A stretch of DNA of 64,000 nucleotides from Escherichia phage outra. The stretch lies in sequence record MN850645.1. One strand, 5' to 3'. Positions 1 through 9,529 of the stretch are shown here, one piece after another. Under the pieces are notes generated by a model. The model was not told the DNA's origin, did not search any database, and was given only the letters and a program-made list of their open reading frames with translations. Both the position numbers and the translations under genes were made by a program. The stretch's first letter is position 1; each line of letters starts with the position of its first letter.

Positions 1-897
1 TTACTGTTGCACTTCCACCACGGCTTGCTTGTTTTGATGCTCCAACACTTGTCTCCATCCATTTCAGATATGGTAAAAGACCACCGTGAACGATACGGTT
101 GTTCTTAACACCTTGTCCTGTAGCACGGGTTTGGAGGTTAACACCAATACCTGCATTATTCAATGTATATTCATGAGCAAGATAGTTAGCAATTGCTAAA
201 GACTCTGCTGTATCATCTGCTCTAAACAGACAACAAGAAGCACTACCTTTAATCTTAGTACGCAAAGTTGTTAAATAAGGCGATGGTAAATTAATCTTAA
301 GATCACTTACGTAGGTATATAGACGTTTAATGTCTTCTACTCTGCGATCTTTTGGTTGAATTTCCATTACCTTCATTGCTACACCAATGAATAAAAACTG
401 TGGTGATTCAAAAACCACATCATTGATCGCATCTTTCACAAGATACTTATCAACCATCTGGCGCAGTACGGAATAACCATAAGTCAGGTTTTTATCATGA
501 TTGATAATTTTACCAATCTCAATAATTTCTTCTTCTGTATAATCCATCTTCCCCCAATAGCCTTTACTTACAGACATATTGTAGAAATCCAGGAGGGAGG
601 GGATATTGTGATATCCCCCATGAGCCTGTTTATAGATCATACCAAGAAGTAACCGACCTGCCATATCACTATATGCCTGATCTTTCTTATCAATACATGC
701 TGCTATCATAGCTTTATGTAAATCACGAGTAGGCACACCGTCGTAACAACGTTTAACAGCTTCGAGTTCGATTTCAGACCAATTTAATTTACCAGCAGCA
801 AACTCTGACCATTTACGAAGTTTTTCTGGATTAAATTCTTCTTTCTTGCCGTTTGTTTTTGTTACATAACGGATAGATTTGCTTAGATACTGAGTCA
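1..897 (-). CDS. nrdA: Ribonucleotide reductase class Ia large subunit, N-terminal ~299 aa; gene continues past window start
   Basis: Not in ORF track (no stop in window). Manual minus-strand translation from GTG at 895-897 (RBS AGGAGAGG upstream) gives VTKTNGKKEEFNPEKLRKW..., DYTEEEI, ESPQFLFIGVA, INLPSPYLTTLRTKIKGSASCCLF, ...SRGGSATV, matching E. coli NrdA landmarks (ATP-cone, SSC active-site region). Confidence 0.7.
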
Positions 898-909
898 CTT
901 CCTCTCCTA

Positions 910-1170
910 TTAATTGTGCATGTTTAGAACATCTACATCATAACCGCCACGCATCTCATTATATAAGCCATTTGCGTATAGAAAACCTTCAAAATGATCT
1001 ATACCTTCAAAACCTTTTGCCTTTGCTTTGCGGTCTGCTTCTTGTCTTTTTGGGGATAATCTTTTAGATGTATCAAGGATAACTGTTACATTGCAACCTA
1101 ATGTTTCATCAAAATAGACTTCAATTTCACAGCCTTCATATTTATTACTTTCTGTCATTTGGCCTCTCAA
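910..1170 (-). CDS. hypothetical protein (86 aa)
   Basis: ORF track; tightly packed with neighbours on same strand; no recognisable motif. Confidence 0.4.
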   Translation of the reverse strand: MRGQMTESNKYEGCEIEVYFDETLGCNVTVILDTSKRLSPKRQEADRKAKAKGFEGIDHFEGFLYANGLYNEMRGGYDVDVLNMHN

Positions 1171-1581
1171 TTAGAATTCAGAATCATCATCTCGTGATGG
1201 ATCATGTTCATTTCCGAAGTCTTCCATTTTGATATGAGAGCTACCCCAACCTGTAAAATCTTCTTCTCCAAAGTGCAAAATATCTACACCTTGATAGATT
1301 CGTTTATATTTATAGTCTTGTCGAACTGGGAAAGTATACAATGTAGTATTTGCAAACACCACACGTCGATTGTTGTTACTACGAATATTAACACCACGTT
1401 CTACTGTATAATGTCCATCGGTAGACATACCAAGCATTACTAATGCTGCTCGCAACGTAGTGTTATGATACTCGTGAGGAATTTTTCCTCCGTGCTTTTT
1501 AGCCATTTCTTTCCAGATCGGTGTAGCCTTAATGGTAGACATACTTACGGTCGCCCAAATGGTTGTATTAATTAGTGACAT
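1171..1581 (-). CDS. hypothetical protein (136 aa)
   Basis: ORF track; abuts upstream ORF end; no recognisable motif. Confidence 0.4.
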   Translation of the reverse strand: MSLINTTIWATVSMSTIKATPIWKEMAKKHGGKIPHEYHNTTLRAALVMLGMSTDGHYTVERGVNIRSNNNRRVVFANTTLYTFPVRQDYKYKRIYQGVDILHFGEEDFTGWGSSHIKMEDFGNEHDPSRDDDSEF

Positions 1582-1678
1582 AAATTCTCCTTCTCTCTTT
1601 TAAGGAGAGCATAGCTCTCCTAACGTTAGCCTATACTACACGAATCTCAATTAAAAGTCAACTATAATTTTAAGTTGA

Positions 1679-2650
1679 TCACCATTTTGTATGGTTAGTC
1701 AAAAGTTGACGATGTTGAATCCAACCACAGAAGTTTCCACTCCACAAACGATGTTTACGATCCATGTGTGTAATACCTTCTTCCCAAGAAGTAGGGAACG
1801 GAGGAATATTAATACCACCTTTCTGTTGTTTTAATCCTGACAAATCCATTTCTTTCATTGGCGTTGCCTGGTGTTCAAACGGAGATGCATGTACCTTTTG
1901 TCCAGACAGCAAACGAGAATAGATATCCAATGCTTTATCTTTAGTATCATTCAATTTACGATAACTTACCTGAGCGCAACAAGAAGCTGAAATAGCTTTT
2001 GCTTCCTCTTCTGTCAACATTTTCTCGTTGGAGAAGGTTTCACCCAAGAAATAACGGATCATACCAGTTTCTGGATCTCGATCACGATTAACGTAAGGTG
2101 TATGCCATTCCCCTGGGAAAAGAAGATATGGTTCAGAAGATTCATACAGTTTTTTAATTTCTTTAGCAAGAGCCTCAATAGTAGGATCTGCATCAGCATC
2201 TACGCGCAACCACAAGAAGTTTTCTAGCTCTGTAGTGGTTACTACAGTCTTCATACGCTGGAATGGTTCTAGTAGGCGGTTTGCAACCTGTTTATGATAT
2301 CCAGCAAGGGCAAACTCTTCTGCAAAACGTGCAGCACTTAGTGCAGCCAAGTCCCACCATTCTTTTGCAGTGTAACCTGCATCAATCAGGGCATCGTGAT
2401 CTGTGCCTTTATCTTGCATACCTGGTTGGTTAGCACCAAAACGATAAGGACGTGCTGGAGATTGCCGTACCATTTCAATTAGAGTTTTAACAGGGATAGC
2501 TCGACTTGATGCGGCATTACGAGAAAACAAACGATGCGTCATCAATTCAGAGTGAATGATTCGAGGATATTCAAGTTCAAAGGTAACAATATCCTTACCT
2601 TCAGATGTTTGAGAATGTGCAATAATTTTTGCTGAAATAGAGTTTGTCAT
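1679..2650 (-). CDS. ThyX-like flavin-dependent thymidylate synthase (putative)
   Basis: Motif ELMTHRLFSRNAASSRA resembles the ThyX RHRxxxxxxxS signature, but first Arg is Thr and the protein (323 aa) is longer than typical ThyX; sits next to thymidine kinase. Confidence 0.45.
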   Translation of the reverse strand: MTNSISAKIIAHSQTSEGKDIVTFELEYPRIIHSELMTHRLFSRNAASSRAIPVKTLIEMVRQSPARPYRFGANQPGMQDKGTDHDALIDAGYTAKEWWDLAALSAARFAEEFALAGYHKQVANRLLEPFQRMKTVVTTTELENFLWLRVDADADPTIEALAKEIKKLYESSEPYLLFPGEWHTPYVNRDRDPETGMIRYFLGETFSNEKMLTEEEAKAISASCCAQVSYRKLNDTKDKALDIYSRLLSGQKVHASPFEHQATPMKEMDLSGLKQQKGGINIPPFPTSWEEGITHMDRKHRLWSGNFCGWIQHRQLLTNHTKW

Positions 2651-2659
2651 TATTTCTCC

Positions 2660-3250
2660 TTAAGGTAGTAAAATACTTTCAATTTCTTCCCACTGATTAT
2701 CTAAACCAGTGATAATTACATTAGGAAGTTTCTTTAACTCTTCCAAGTATGGATCTTCGTAAATAGTGTTGAAATATATTTTCAACGTTTCATCTGGAAA
2801 TAGGACAAGATTTTCAGCCCTATCGTCAATAGTTACGTCGCAAGGTAATAAGTATTTTTCTTTTGTTGCGAAAAAGCCATTACCAGATGTTCTACTAAAG
2901 TCCACTTTATCTAAAGATCGTGTTACGTGTCTATATTTAGAACTAAGGTGTCCACCCTTAGTGTGGCTTGCTATAGATATATTAGCTCCATTTGCAATTA
3001 TACGATGAACAACATCTGTACTATTAGGTACTACTCCCATAGTATCATATAGATGTTGGTTATCCCAAAAAGAGTAAGGATCTACACCAAATTGCTTTTT
3101 AAAATCAGGAAAATATTTCGTAATATCATAATGCACAGTCTTTTGTGTCTTATCAAACTTGATATTAGATCTACTTACCGCATTTAACCAACTCAACCAT
3201 TCTATATCGGCAGGAGCTATTACTAAATCCCAATCACATACTAGACGCAT
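2660..3250 (-). CDS. hypothetical protein
   Basis: Track ORF 2660..3364 overlaps tdk by 131 nt; internal Met39 at 3250 has RBS AGGAGA 4-5 nt upstream, so the start was trimmed to 3250. Confidence 0.4.
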   Translation of the reverse strand: MRLVCDWDLVIAPADIEWLSWLNAVSRSNIKFDKTQKTVHYDITKYFPDFKKQFGVDPYSFWDNQHLYDTMGVVPNSTDVVHRIIANGANISIASHTKGGHLSSKYRHVTRSLDKVDFSRTSGNGFFATKEKYLLPCDVTIDDRAENLVLFPDETLKIYFNTIYEDPYLEELKKLPNVIITGLDNQWEEIESILLP

Positions 3251-3797
3251 TATTTCTCCTGTTATAACATTTTCTACACATTGTTTCGTAAATGTCTTCT
3301 CCCCCAATAACAATCTGTTCTTTAGAGTCGATAAGTCTAGCATTAAAAATAGCCTTTCTTCCACATTTACAAATGCTTTTCAATTCTGTAATTGAATCTG
3401 CTATGGCTAATAACCGTTCAGAACCTTCAAACAATTCTGTAGCAAAATCTGTTTTAAGCCCATAACAGAATACAGGAATATCGTAATTATCTACCACATC
3501 TCCAAGAATGTCAACCATATCTTTAGTTAGGAATTGTGATTCGTCCACAAATACTGCATCTACTGGATTTTCTTTAAGCTGTGTATAAATTTCCAGCATA
3601 TCTTCTTTTGTTTTAACTGGTTTTGCTTCCTCTTTAATACCTATCCTAGAAGCAATAGCACAACCAGATCTGGTATCTAAAGCCGAAGTTAAAAGAAGAA
3701 CTTTCATATTTCTTTCTTTATAGTTCCAAGCTGTTTGTAAAAGATGTGTGCTTTTACCACTGTTCATTGGACTATATCGGAAATAAAGTTTAGCCAT
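3234..3797 (-). CDS. tdk: thymidine kinase
   Basis: MAKLYFRYSPMNSGKSTHLLQ... P-loop, FVDESQFL, CYGLKTDF, CKCGRKA zinc motif; near-colinear with E. coli Tdk. Confidence 0.9.
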   Translation of the reverse strand: MAKLYFRYSPMNSGKSTHLLQTAWNYKERNMKVLLLTSALDTRSGCAIASRIGIKEEAKPVKTKEDMLEIYTQLKENPVDAVFVDESQFLTKDMVDILGDVVDNYDIPVFCYGLKTDFATELFEGSERLLAIADSITELKSICKCGRKAIFNARLIDSKEQIVIGGEDIYETMCRKCYNRRNNASSM

Positions 3798-3842
3798 ATT
3801 TTCTCCTCTAACGCTCCCATTTGTGGGAGCGATAATACTTTA

Positions 3843-4418
3843 TTATTTCTCTTCGTCAAGAAGAATTTTTACTATTTGTTTTCTTCGCTTACTTACTGTA
3901 CTTTCTGGTGAAATTCCGCGCTTTGTTAGCCAATTTTTATCCTTTTTAGACTGGCATAAAGCTATCGCTTCTTTCTCCGCTTTTGCTTCCCTGAATGTCA
4001 TATCGTGCTTGTCAGCATAAGCTAGGATAGCGTTACACTGCTTACAAACTACACGCAGGTCGTCTTCTGTTACATACAATAGGCGTAAAACAAAACTTGG
4101 GATATCTTCATAACAGGTTAATGTACCTGCTGCATTAATATGGTCTACTTGAAAGTCTTTCATACCTCCTGTATGTCCACACAATTCACATTTACAATTC
4201 CAAACCTGTTTCGGTTTGCCTGTTTTCTTATCTAAAACTACATTGCCATCTTTGTCCAATCTATCGGCTTTAAATCGTACAGATTGGATCTTTTTTATCT
4301 TATTCGGGTGTCTCACCCATGCTTTCCTTAAGCAACCCCTTAAATATGTATAAAAGGCTGCTTGAGTTTTCCAAGGTGTTCCATCTCCCCAAATAACTTT
4401 AGGTTCTTTATTTTCCAA
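3843..4418 (-). CDS. HNH homing-endonuclease-like protein
   Basis: CKCELCGH...DHINAAG...CKQCN HNH/zinc-finger pattern. Confidence 0.65.
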   Translation of the reverse strand: MENKEPKVIWGDGTPWKTQAAFYTYLRGCLRKAWVRHPNKIKKIQSVRFKADRLDKDGNVVLDKKTGKPKQVWNCKCELCGHTGGMKDFQVDHINAAGTLTCYEDIPSFVLRLLYVTEDDLRVVCKQCNAILAYADKHDMTFREAKAEKEAIALCQSKKDKNWLTKRGISPESTVSKRRKQIVKILLDEEK

Positions 4419-4602
4419 TAGTGCTCACCTTTTTAGCTACATAATCTCCAGGTGGAATGTTATATTTAAAGAAAAGCATACGGTCTAAACCAGCCTTACA
4501 CATATTTTCTGGGATTGTGATTGTATATAGGAGTTTATCTCCGCGTTTATTGTATATTTTATATACTTCACCCTCTCCGTATTGTTTACCGTGAGAAGCC
4601 AT
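4408..4602 (-). CDS. hypothetical small protein (64 aa)
   Basis: ORF track only. Confidence 0.3.
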   Translation of the reverse strand: MASHGKQYGEGEVYKIYNKRGDKLLYTITIPENMCKAGLDRMLFFKYNIPPGDYVAKKVSTIGK

Positions 4603-4987
4603 CTACACTCTCCTTCAATTGTTCAATAGCATCTGCTGCTTCAATATACTTACCTTTATACATTGCTTTTAAAGCCTTACGAACAAGATCATCGTCTGTA
4701 TATAAATCAATTAGTTGATTAGCTAACTCAATTTTTACAGGATTTTTTAAGTTAGGGTAGGCTTCATACAACATATTGTAATACTTATCACTTAATTCTT
4801 TTTCAATATGAATAACGTGAATCGCTTTGTTTAGGTTGATCACACGATCACCTTTGTTTCGACAAGCATACTTAGCTAACTTAGTGAAACAAGGAGTTGC
4901 ACCAATTAGATATGCAAGTTCCAAAGGTTGCATACGCATACGTTTGTAGTGATCACCATCAATTTGAATATCCAGTGCTGTAGTCAT
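4586..4987 (-). CDS. hypothetical protein (133 aa)
   Basis: ORF track; followed by hairpin terminator at about 5003-5026. Confidence 0.4.
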   Translation of the reverse strand: MTTALDIQIDGDHYKRMRMQPLELAYLIGATPCFTKLAKYACRNKGDRVINLNKAIHVIHIEKELSDKYYNMLYEAYPNLKNPVKIELANQLIDLYTDDDLVRKALKAMYKGKYIEAADAIEQLKESVDGFSR

Positions 4988-5026
4988 AAATCCTCCAAAA
5001 ATAAAGGGGCTTTCGCCCCTTTTTTA

Positions 5027-5989
5027 TTAAATTCCAATAACAGTGTTTACACGTTTCTCTTTGCTACGCAAATTAACACGTCCACGAGACAGGCTATTAC
5101 ATGATGTGCATCTTAGCACTTGGAATGTACTAACCGCTGTTGTGTAAACCTTACCAGGAACAACTTCAAGGTGCTCTTTACCGCAACGAGGACAACGAAG
5201 TTTTTCATCGTCATAGAATGCAGATACGTTAGGGTGTTGTGGAATCCACGCACGAAGTTTGATGTAAAGATCTCTAAGAGAAACAACATCACCATCGTTG
5301 TATGTTTGCATACGGAAGAAGGCGTGTCTGTCTCCTTCACAACATGCTTTCCACAAAGGAAAACCTTCATTATCAAGTTTAAAGTTTTCTGTATCAAAAT
5401 ACAAACACATTTCTTTAAGCGCATTAGAAGGTAGTGCAAACTGCTTCTTAGCAGCCTTGAGTGTATCAATTACAACGTAGTGTGATGGTGGCTCCATACC
5501 GTGAAAAGCAAAACGTTGGTTAATATAAGCCTTATCAAACTTAATACCGTTGTGCGCGATCACAATATCTGCATCGTCAAGCAAGTGCCACAGATCTTGA
5601 CATAATTCCCAATCATCTGTATGATCTATGTCAAACAGAGGATAATTGCTAAGGTTCTTACCTTCTACTTCTCCTGTTTCTAAATCAGCAGATGAATAGG
5701 AAAGCAAGTAACCTCGACGAATAACTTGTTCAGGTGCAATAAAGGCTTTGAAACGTGAGAAGCTATACACAATCTCCGGTGCTGTCTCTACGTCAATAAT
5801 TTTAATTACTGGCCCACCTTTATCTTGCGGAGCACCGCGATGCGGTGAATTTACACGAGCTAAGTAATCATTTACTGTGCTCTTCTTAGTAGAACTTCCC
5901 AACACCTCTTGTGCAATCTTACGCGAAGAATAACCTTGTGCTTTCATAGATACAATCAAGGCTTTCTGTTCGTCTGTTAATTTACTCAA
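5027..5989 (-). CDS. DEDDh-type 3'-5' exonuclease with N-terminal HTH and C-terminal zinc ribbon (putative)
   Basis: Exo I-like IIDVETAPE, Exo II-like IAHNGIKFDKAYI, C-terminal CPRCGKEH...CTSCNS; N-terminal SSRKIAQEV HTH-like segment. Confidence 0.5.
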   Translation of the reverse strand: MSKLTDEQKALIVSMKAQGYSSRKIAQEVLGSSTKKSTVNDYLARVNSPHRGAPQDKGGPVIKIIDVETAPEIVYSFSRFKAFIAPEQVIRRGYLLSYSSADLETGEVEGKNLSNYPLFDIDHTDDWELCQDLWHLLDDADIVIAHNGIKFDKAYINQRFAFHGMEPPSHYVVIDTLKAAKKQFALPSNALKEMCLYFDTENFKLDNEGFPLWKACCEGDRHAFFRMQTYNDGDVVSLRDLYIKLRAWIPQHPNVSAFYDDEKLRCPRCGKEHLEVVPGKVYTTAVSTFQVLRCTSCNSLSRGRVNLRSKEKRVNTVIGI

Positions 5990-7020
5990 TGTTCCTCCTG
6001 CTCTGAAATATATGCTTGTAGCATACTTTCAAAAGTTGTTTCATCATTCGCCCAACGTTTCATATATACCAACTGAAAAATTGTCTCTATCCATTCATCA
6101 GTTGTCATTTCTACTTCTTCACCATCCCAAGAAGTAAATTTAACGCCATCTGGGAACCATTCATAATACTGATCTTTAACTGTCTGAAAAAGTTCAGCCT
6201 GTGTTTTACATTTGGAAATAAGATTAAAGCAAGTAATATCTCCAAACTTAACATCGAAATCTTGGTAAGGTCGAATACTATCTGTCTTATCGCCCATTAG
6301 CATTTGATAAGCTAACCAGTAACTACCCCAGCCCTTAATTTCTTTTTTCTTACCTTTTTCTACGATCCAGATATCACCAATAGATTCATCAATCAGAATA
6401 ATACAAGGATTTTTATAAACACCATCCTCTTTATAAAAGTTAAAGAGTAAACTTGGTGTGTGCAAGCTATCTTTGTCGATAGACGCTACAATATGAGAAA
6501 ACTTACCAGTTTCCTTGTAGGCTTTATACCCTGCATATCCATAAATTTCTAAAGCATCATCTGCCTCAATACCAGTAACAACGTCACCGTTATGTTTTTC
6601 AACTAGATAATCTTTAGTATCTGATAAATGGATTGGTCTTAAATCTGATCGTTCTGATTTATATTCTTTTGGCATTTTGAAAGAATGCCGGAAGGTTTTT
6701 CCTACCCCGATGACACCGCAATACTTTTGAAGTTTTAGGTGATCCATCATCTGGGTTATTTTTGTCTTTGCAGCTTGAAACGTAAAAGAAATATTATCTG
6801 GGACTATTTGAACATCTTTTATTTCAAAATCTTCTCTAGAGAACAACTTTTTACCAGCAGCTTCGCGTTGCGCGTTAAGTGCTCCTAACCATCCTCCAAT
6901 ATTTTTTGAAGATTTACCCCAAAAATCTGTTCTTGTTTCAAACTCTTTTACATTACCGGAAGCCTTATGTACAGCGTGGATTTTTCTTTGTTCTAAAGCT
7001 GAAGACGCTTGGAACGCCAC
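5986..7020 (-). CDS. FEN-like 5'-3' exonuclease / flap endonuclease (putative)
   Basis: VTGIEADDALEIYGY resembles the GxEADD motif of T5 D15 / T4 RNase H; downstream SIDKDSL and MGDKTDSIRPY resemble the second acidic cluster and H3TH region. Confidence 0.55.
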   Translation of the reverse strand: MAFQASSALEQRKIHAVHKASGNVKEFETRTDFWGKSSKNIGGWLGALNAQREAAGKKLFSREDFEIKDVQIVPDNISFTFQAAKTKITQMMDHLKLQKYCGVIGVGKTFRHSFKMPKEYKSERSDLRPIHLSDTKDYLVEKHNGDVVTGIEADDALEIYGYAGYKAYKETGKFSHIVASIDKDSLHTPSLLFNFYKEDGVYKNPCIILIDESIGDIWIVEKGKKKEIKGWGSYWLAYQMLMGDKTDSIRPYQDFDVKFGDITCFNLISKCKTQAELFQTVKDQYYEWFPDGVKFTSWDGEEVEMTTDEWIETIFQLVYMKRWANDETTFESMLQAYISEQEEH

Positions 7021-7112
7021 TTGATCGTAGTCTATTGCAAGAATTGTGTTCTCGTCAACATATTTGTGCAGGTCTTCCGGTTGGATTAAAATGTAACCGC
7101 TAATATTACCTC

Positions 7113-7325
7113 CTATTCATCATCTGAACTCTCTGTTGAGAATGTTCGTGTGTAGGGACACTGACGACTTGCAGAAACCTCTATAACCTTGTCGTACATA
7201 CCGTTAGAGTAAAAACAGTATTTTGTACTTCCAGAAACTTGTTCTCCAGAATTAATTAAAGTTATTTGACCAGCATAAGAATAAGAACTGATTACTAAAA
7301 GTAAACCGACAAGAAGTTTTTTCAT
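7113..7325 (-). CDS. small secreted protein (70 aa) with N-terminal signal peptide
   Basis: MKKLLVGLLLVISSYSYAG hydrophobic leader, then 50-aa mature region with 2 Cys; own RBS. Confidence 0.45.
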   Translation of the reverse strand: MKKLLVGLLLVISSYSYAGQITLINSGEQVSGSTKYCFYSNGMYDKVIEVSASRQCPYTRTFSTESSDDE

Positions 7326-7399
7326 GGTGTGTCTCCTTAAAAGCCCACCTAACTAAGTAGGTAGGCATATTAACACATATTAAATTAGTAAGTCAAGTA

Positions 7400-8284
7400 T
7401 TATTTTTGAATAGTTGACTTGATAAGGTCTTGCATAATACCACGGATTTCATTAAAGCACAGAAGGACAGATGCTTCAAAAGATCCTTCTTCATCATTAA
7501 AGTATTTAGGGAATTTAATACCACTCAACTTAAATTCTTTATCAACAATAAAGTTAACGAATCCGTCATATTCCAGACCAATGGCAACAACGTGCTTACC
7601 ATCTTCCATAAGTTCTACTGCACGAGATTCATAAAGTGACTCTTTACTCCATACAACCACACCTTCCGAATCTTCAAGTTTAATATAATTACCAAGGGTC
7701 AGTCGTTCAGCCTCATGTTCTTCTAAGATGGTATCAAAACCTTTAATAATGGCTTCTTCGTGTACACTAAACGGCAGAACTGGGAAAGTACCCAACACCT
7801 CACGAAGAAATACAGCAATATCTTCACTAATTTTCTTAGAACCATTAAGAACATAGGTAATACTGTTTTCAGTGTCTACAACAACATAGTTATAGAAATC
7901 ATCTGCCTCTGTTTCTGGAAGCAGAGAAAACACGATATCAGCCTCAATTGCTTTTTTACTTTCTTTGTCCAAGAAAAATTCTTTAGTAGGGTTTGCAGCA
8001 ATAAACTCTTGTTCCATCTCTTGGAGTTTTTCATTAAGAATGCGTTTAACTTTTTTCTTGTTAACTTTCTTAACAGATTGCCCTACTTTAATAACCTCTA
8101 AACCAGAGAACACTTTTACATAGGAACCATCATCTTCAAAACGAACAAGACCAATGGTATGTGCTTGTTGACCCTGTGCCACAACAAAATCCAGCGGTTT
8201 GTCTGTTACTGTGTTCAGTGCGGAAATAGACAGACCATCACCAGAAATCAGGGTTACGCAAGATTTGAAATTTTTAGCAAACAT
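7400..8284 (-). CDS. RdgC-like recombination-associated protein (putative)
   Basis: ~295 aa; segments FAKNFKSC, SLLPETEADDF and GTFPVLPFS parallel E. coli RdgC landmarks; start trimmed to ATG at 8284 (RBS GAGGAG). Confidence 0.45.
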   Translation of the reverse strand: MFAKNFKSCVTLISGDGLSISALNTVTDKPLDFVVAQGQQAHTIGLVRFEDDGSYVKVFSGLEVIKVGQSVKKVNKKKVKRILNEKLQEMEQEFIAANPTKEFFLDKESKKAIEADIVFSLLPETEADDFYNYVVVDTENSITYVLNGSKKISEDIAVFLREVLGTFPVLPFSVHEEAIIKGFDTILEEHEAERLTLGNYIKLEDSEGVVVWSKESLYESRAVELMEDGKHVVAIGLEYDGFVNFIVDKEFKLSGIKFPKYFNDEEGSFEASVLLCFNEIRGIMQDLIKSTIQK

Positions 8285-8294
8285 AGTTTTCTCC

Positions 8295-8573
8295 TCAAAT
8301 AACAACTACAAAATATTTTACGCCATCATATTCGACAATATGATCAGGATATTTAAATCCTTTATAAGATTTACCAAACAGACTAACAGCCTCATTAGCT
8401 TTGTTTTGCGGATTACTCAGCCACTGTTCTTCTGTGTAAAACTTAAACTCTGTTCTCTTACCTTCTTTTTCTAAACCAACAATTTCCTGTGTGATATCTT
8501 CAATACCTGCATTCTTCAAGGATTTGATTACCTGACGCAAACCGTGTTTAAAGATATCTTCTGCTGTTAACAT
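8295..8573 (-). CDS. hypothetical protein (92 aa)
   Basis: ORF track only. Confidence 0.35.
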   Translation of the reverse strand: MLTAEDIFKHGLRQVIKSLKNAGIEDITQEIVGLEKEGKRTEFKFYTEEQWLSNPQNKANEAVSLFGKSYKGFKYPDHIVEYDGVKYFVVVI

Positions 8574-8609
8574 AATACCTCCAATAAGCCCCCGAAGGGG
8601 CTTTATTTC

Positions 8610-9332
8610 TTAAGCAATGATTGCTGCGATATTAGGTTTAACAAAGGTAGATGGTTTCATAATTTTACCTTTGTCATCAAAGAATACGTACACCTTTTGA
8701 ACTTCGTTATATACAGCATGTACCCCAGTATAAGAACCTTCTGCACGATCTTTGCTTCGCATCTCGATAGCATCGCACTCTTTTTCAAGAGCTTCAATAA
8801 TATCCTTAGTTTCCCAAATAGCCAGGAGTTGCTTCTTGGTAGGATACTTGGACTCATTGCTATTCAACACTTCACGCATAACTTTCTTCTCGTTATAAAC
8901 AGAACGCACCAAAGTATCTCGTGCCATACGGGTAAGTGTAAGAGACATTAAGGCAAATTGCAAGTCATTTTCTACCATTTTATCAAATTCAATGATAACA
9001 TCGTAAATGTTTTCTGCCAGAACATCCCCTGTCGGCATTTCCAGAGCTTTATCAACACCTTCTTTACCAAAGAACATAAATGCCAGGTAGGATGCTACCA
9101 CAAAAATATCTGCTGCTGCATCAAGTAATTCAACGTGATCATTTTCCTGTGCTGCTGCTTGGAACTCTTTAAGTTCTTCTCGTACAAAAGAAAGTTGAGC
9201 TTCAAACATCTCTTGAGTAAATTCTGGAGTTACTCCACCACGTGCCTTAGCATTCCAAGCAACAATTTGATCGGCAGCTTTGATAAAGAAGCTATTGTCC
9301 ACTTTTACTTGTTTGAAAAAATTCTCGATCAT
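8610..9332 (-). CDS. MazG-like nucleoside triphosphate pyrophosphohydrolase domain protein (putative)
   Basis: N-terminal EELKEFQAAAQENDHVELLDAAADIFVV resembles the MazG/HisE EExxE...D metal-binding helix pair; C-terminal half unknown. Confidence 0.4.
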   Translation of the reverse strand: MIENFFKQVKVDNSFFIKAADQIVAWNAKARGGVTPEFTQEMFEAQLSFVREELKEFQAAAQENDHVELLDAAADIFVVASYLAFMFFGKEGVDKALEMPTGDVLAENIYDVIIEFDKMVENDLQFALMSLTLTRMARDTLVRSVYNEKKVMREVLNSNESKYPTKKQLLAIWETKDIIEALEKECDAIEMRSKDRAEGSYTGVHAVYNEVQKVYVFFDDKGKIMKPSTFVKPNIAAIIA

Positions 9333-9529
9333 TGTTTCTCCTTATTTAAAATATTGTTCTAACAAAACACTAATGCGAACTACCGATTCGCCCATATACG
9401 CCCCAGCACAGAGGAAAACAACAAATCTACAAAAATTGCAGTACCATTTGTCCACTGGAAACGAGGCTAACATTATAATTGCAATAGCAATTAACATCAT
9501 AAGAACTGTTACTAATACCATATTACCTC

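Noticed and set aside
1204-1443. Numerous short opposite-strand ORFs in the track lying inside longer genes (e.g. 1204-1443, 5113-5469, 26553-26825, 29874-30149, 41301-41579, 53465-53927)
   Set aside because: Fully nested within longer, motif-bearing ORFs on the other strand, no RBS, low-complexity translations; treated as frame artefacts.
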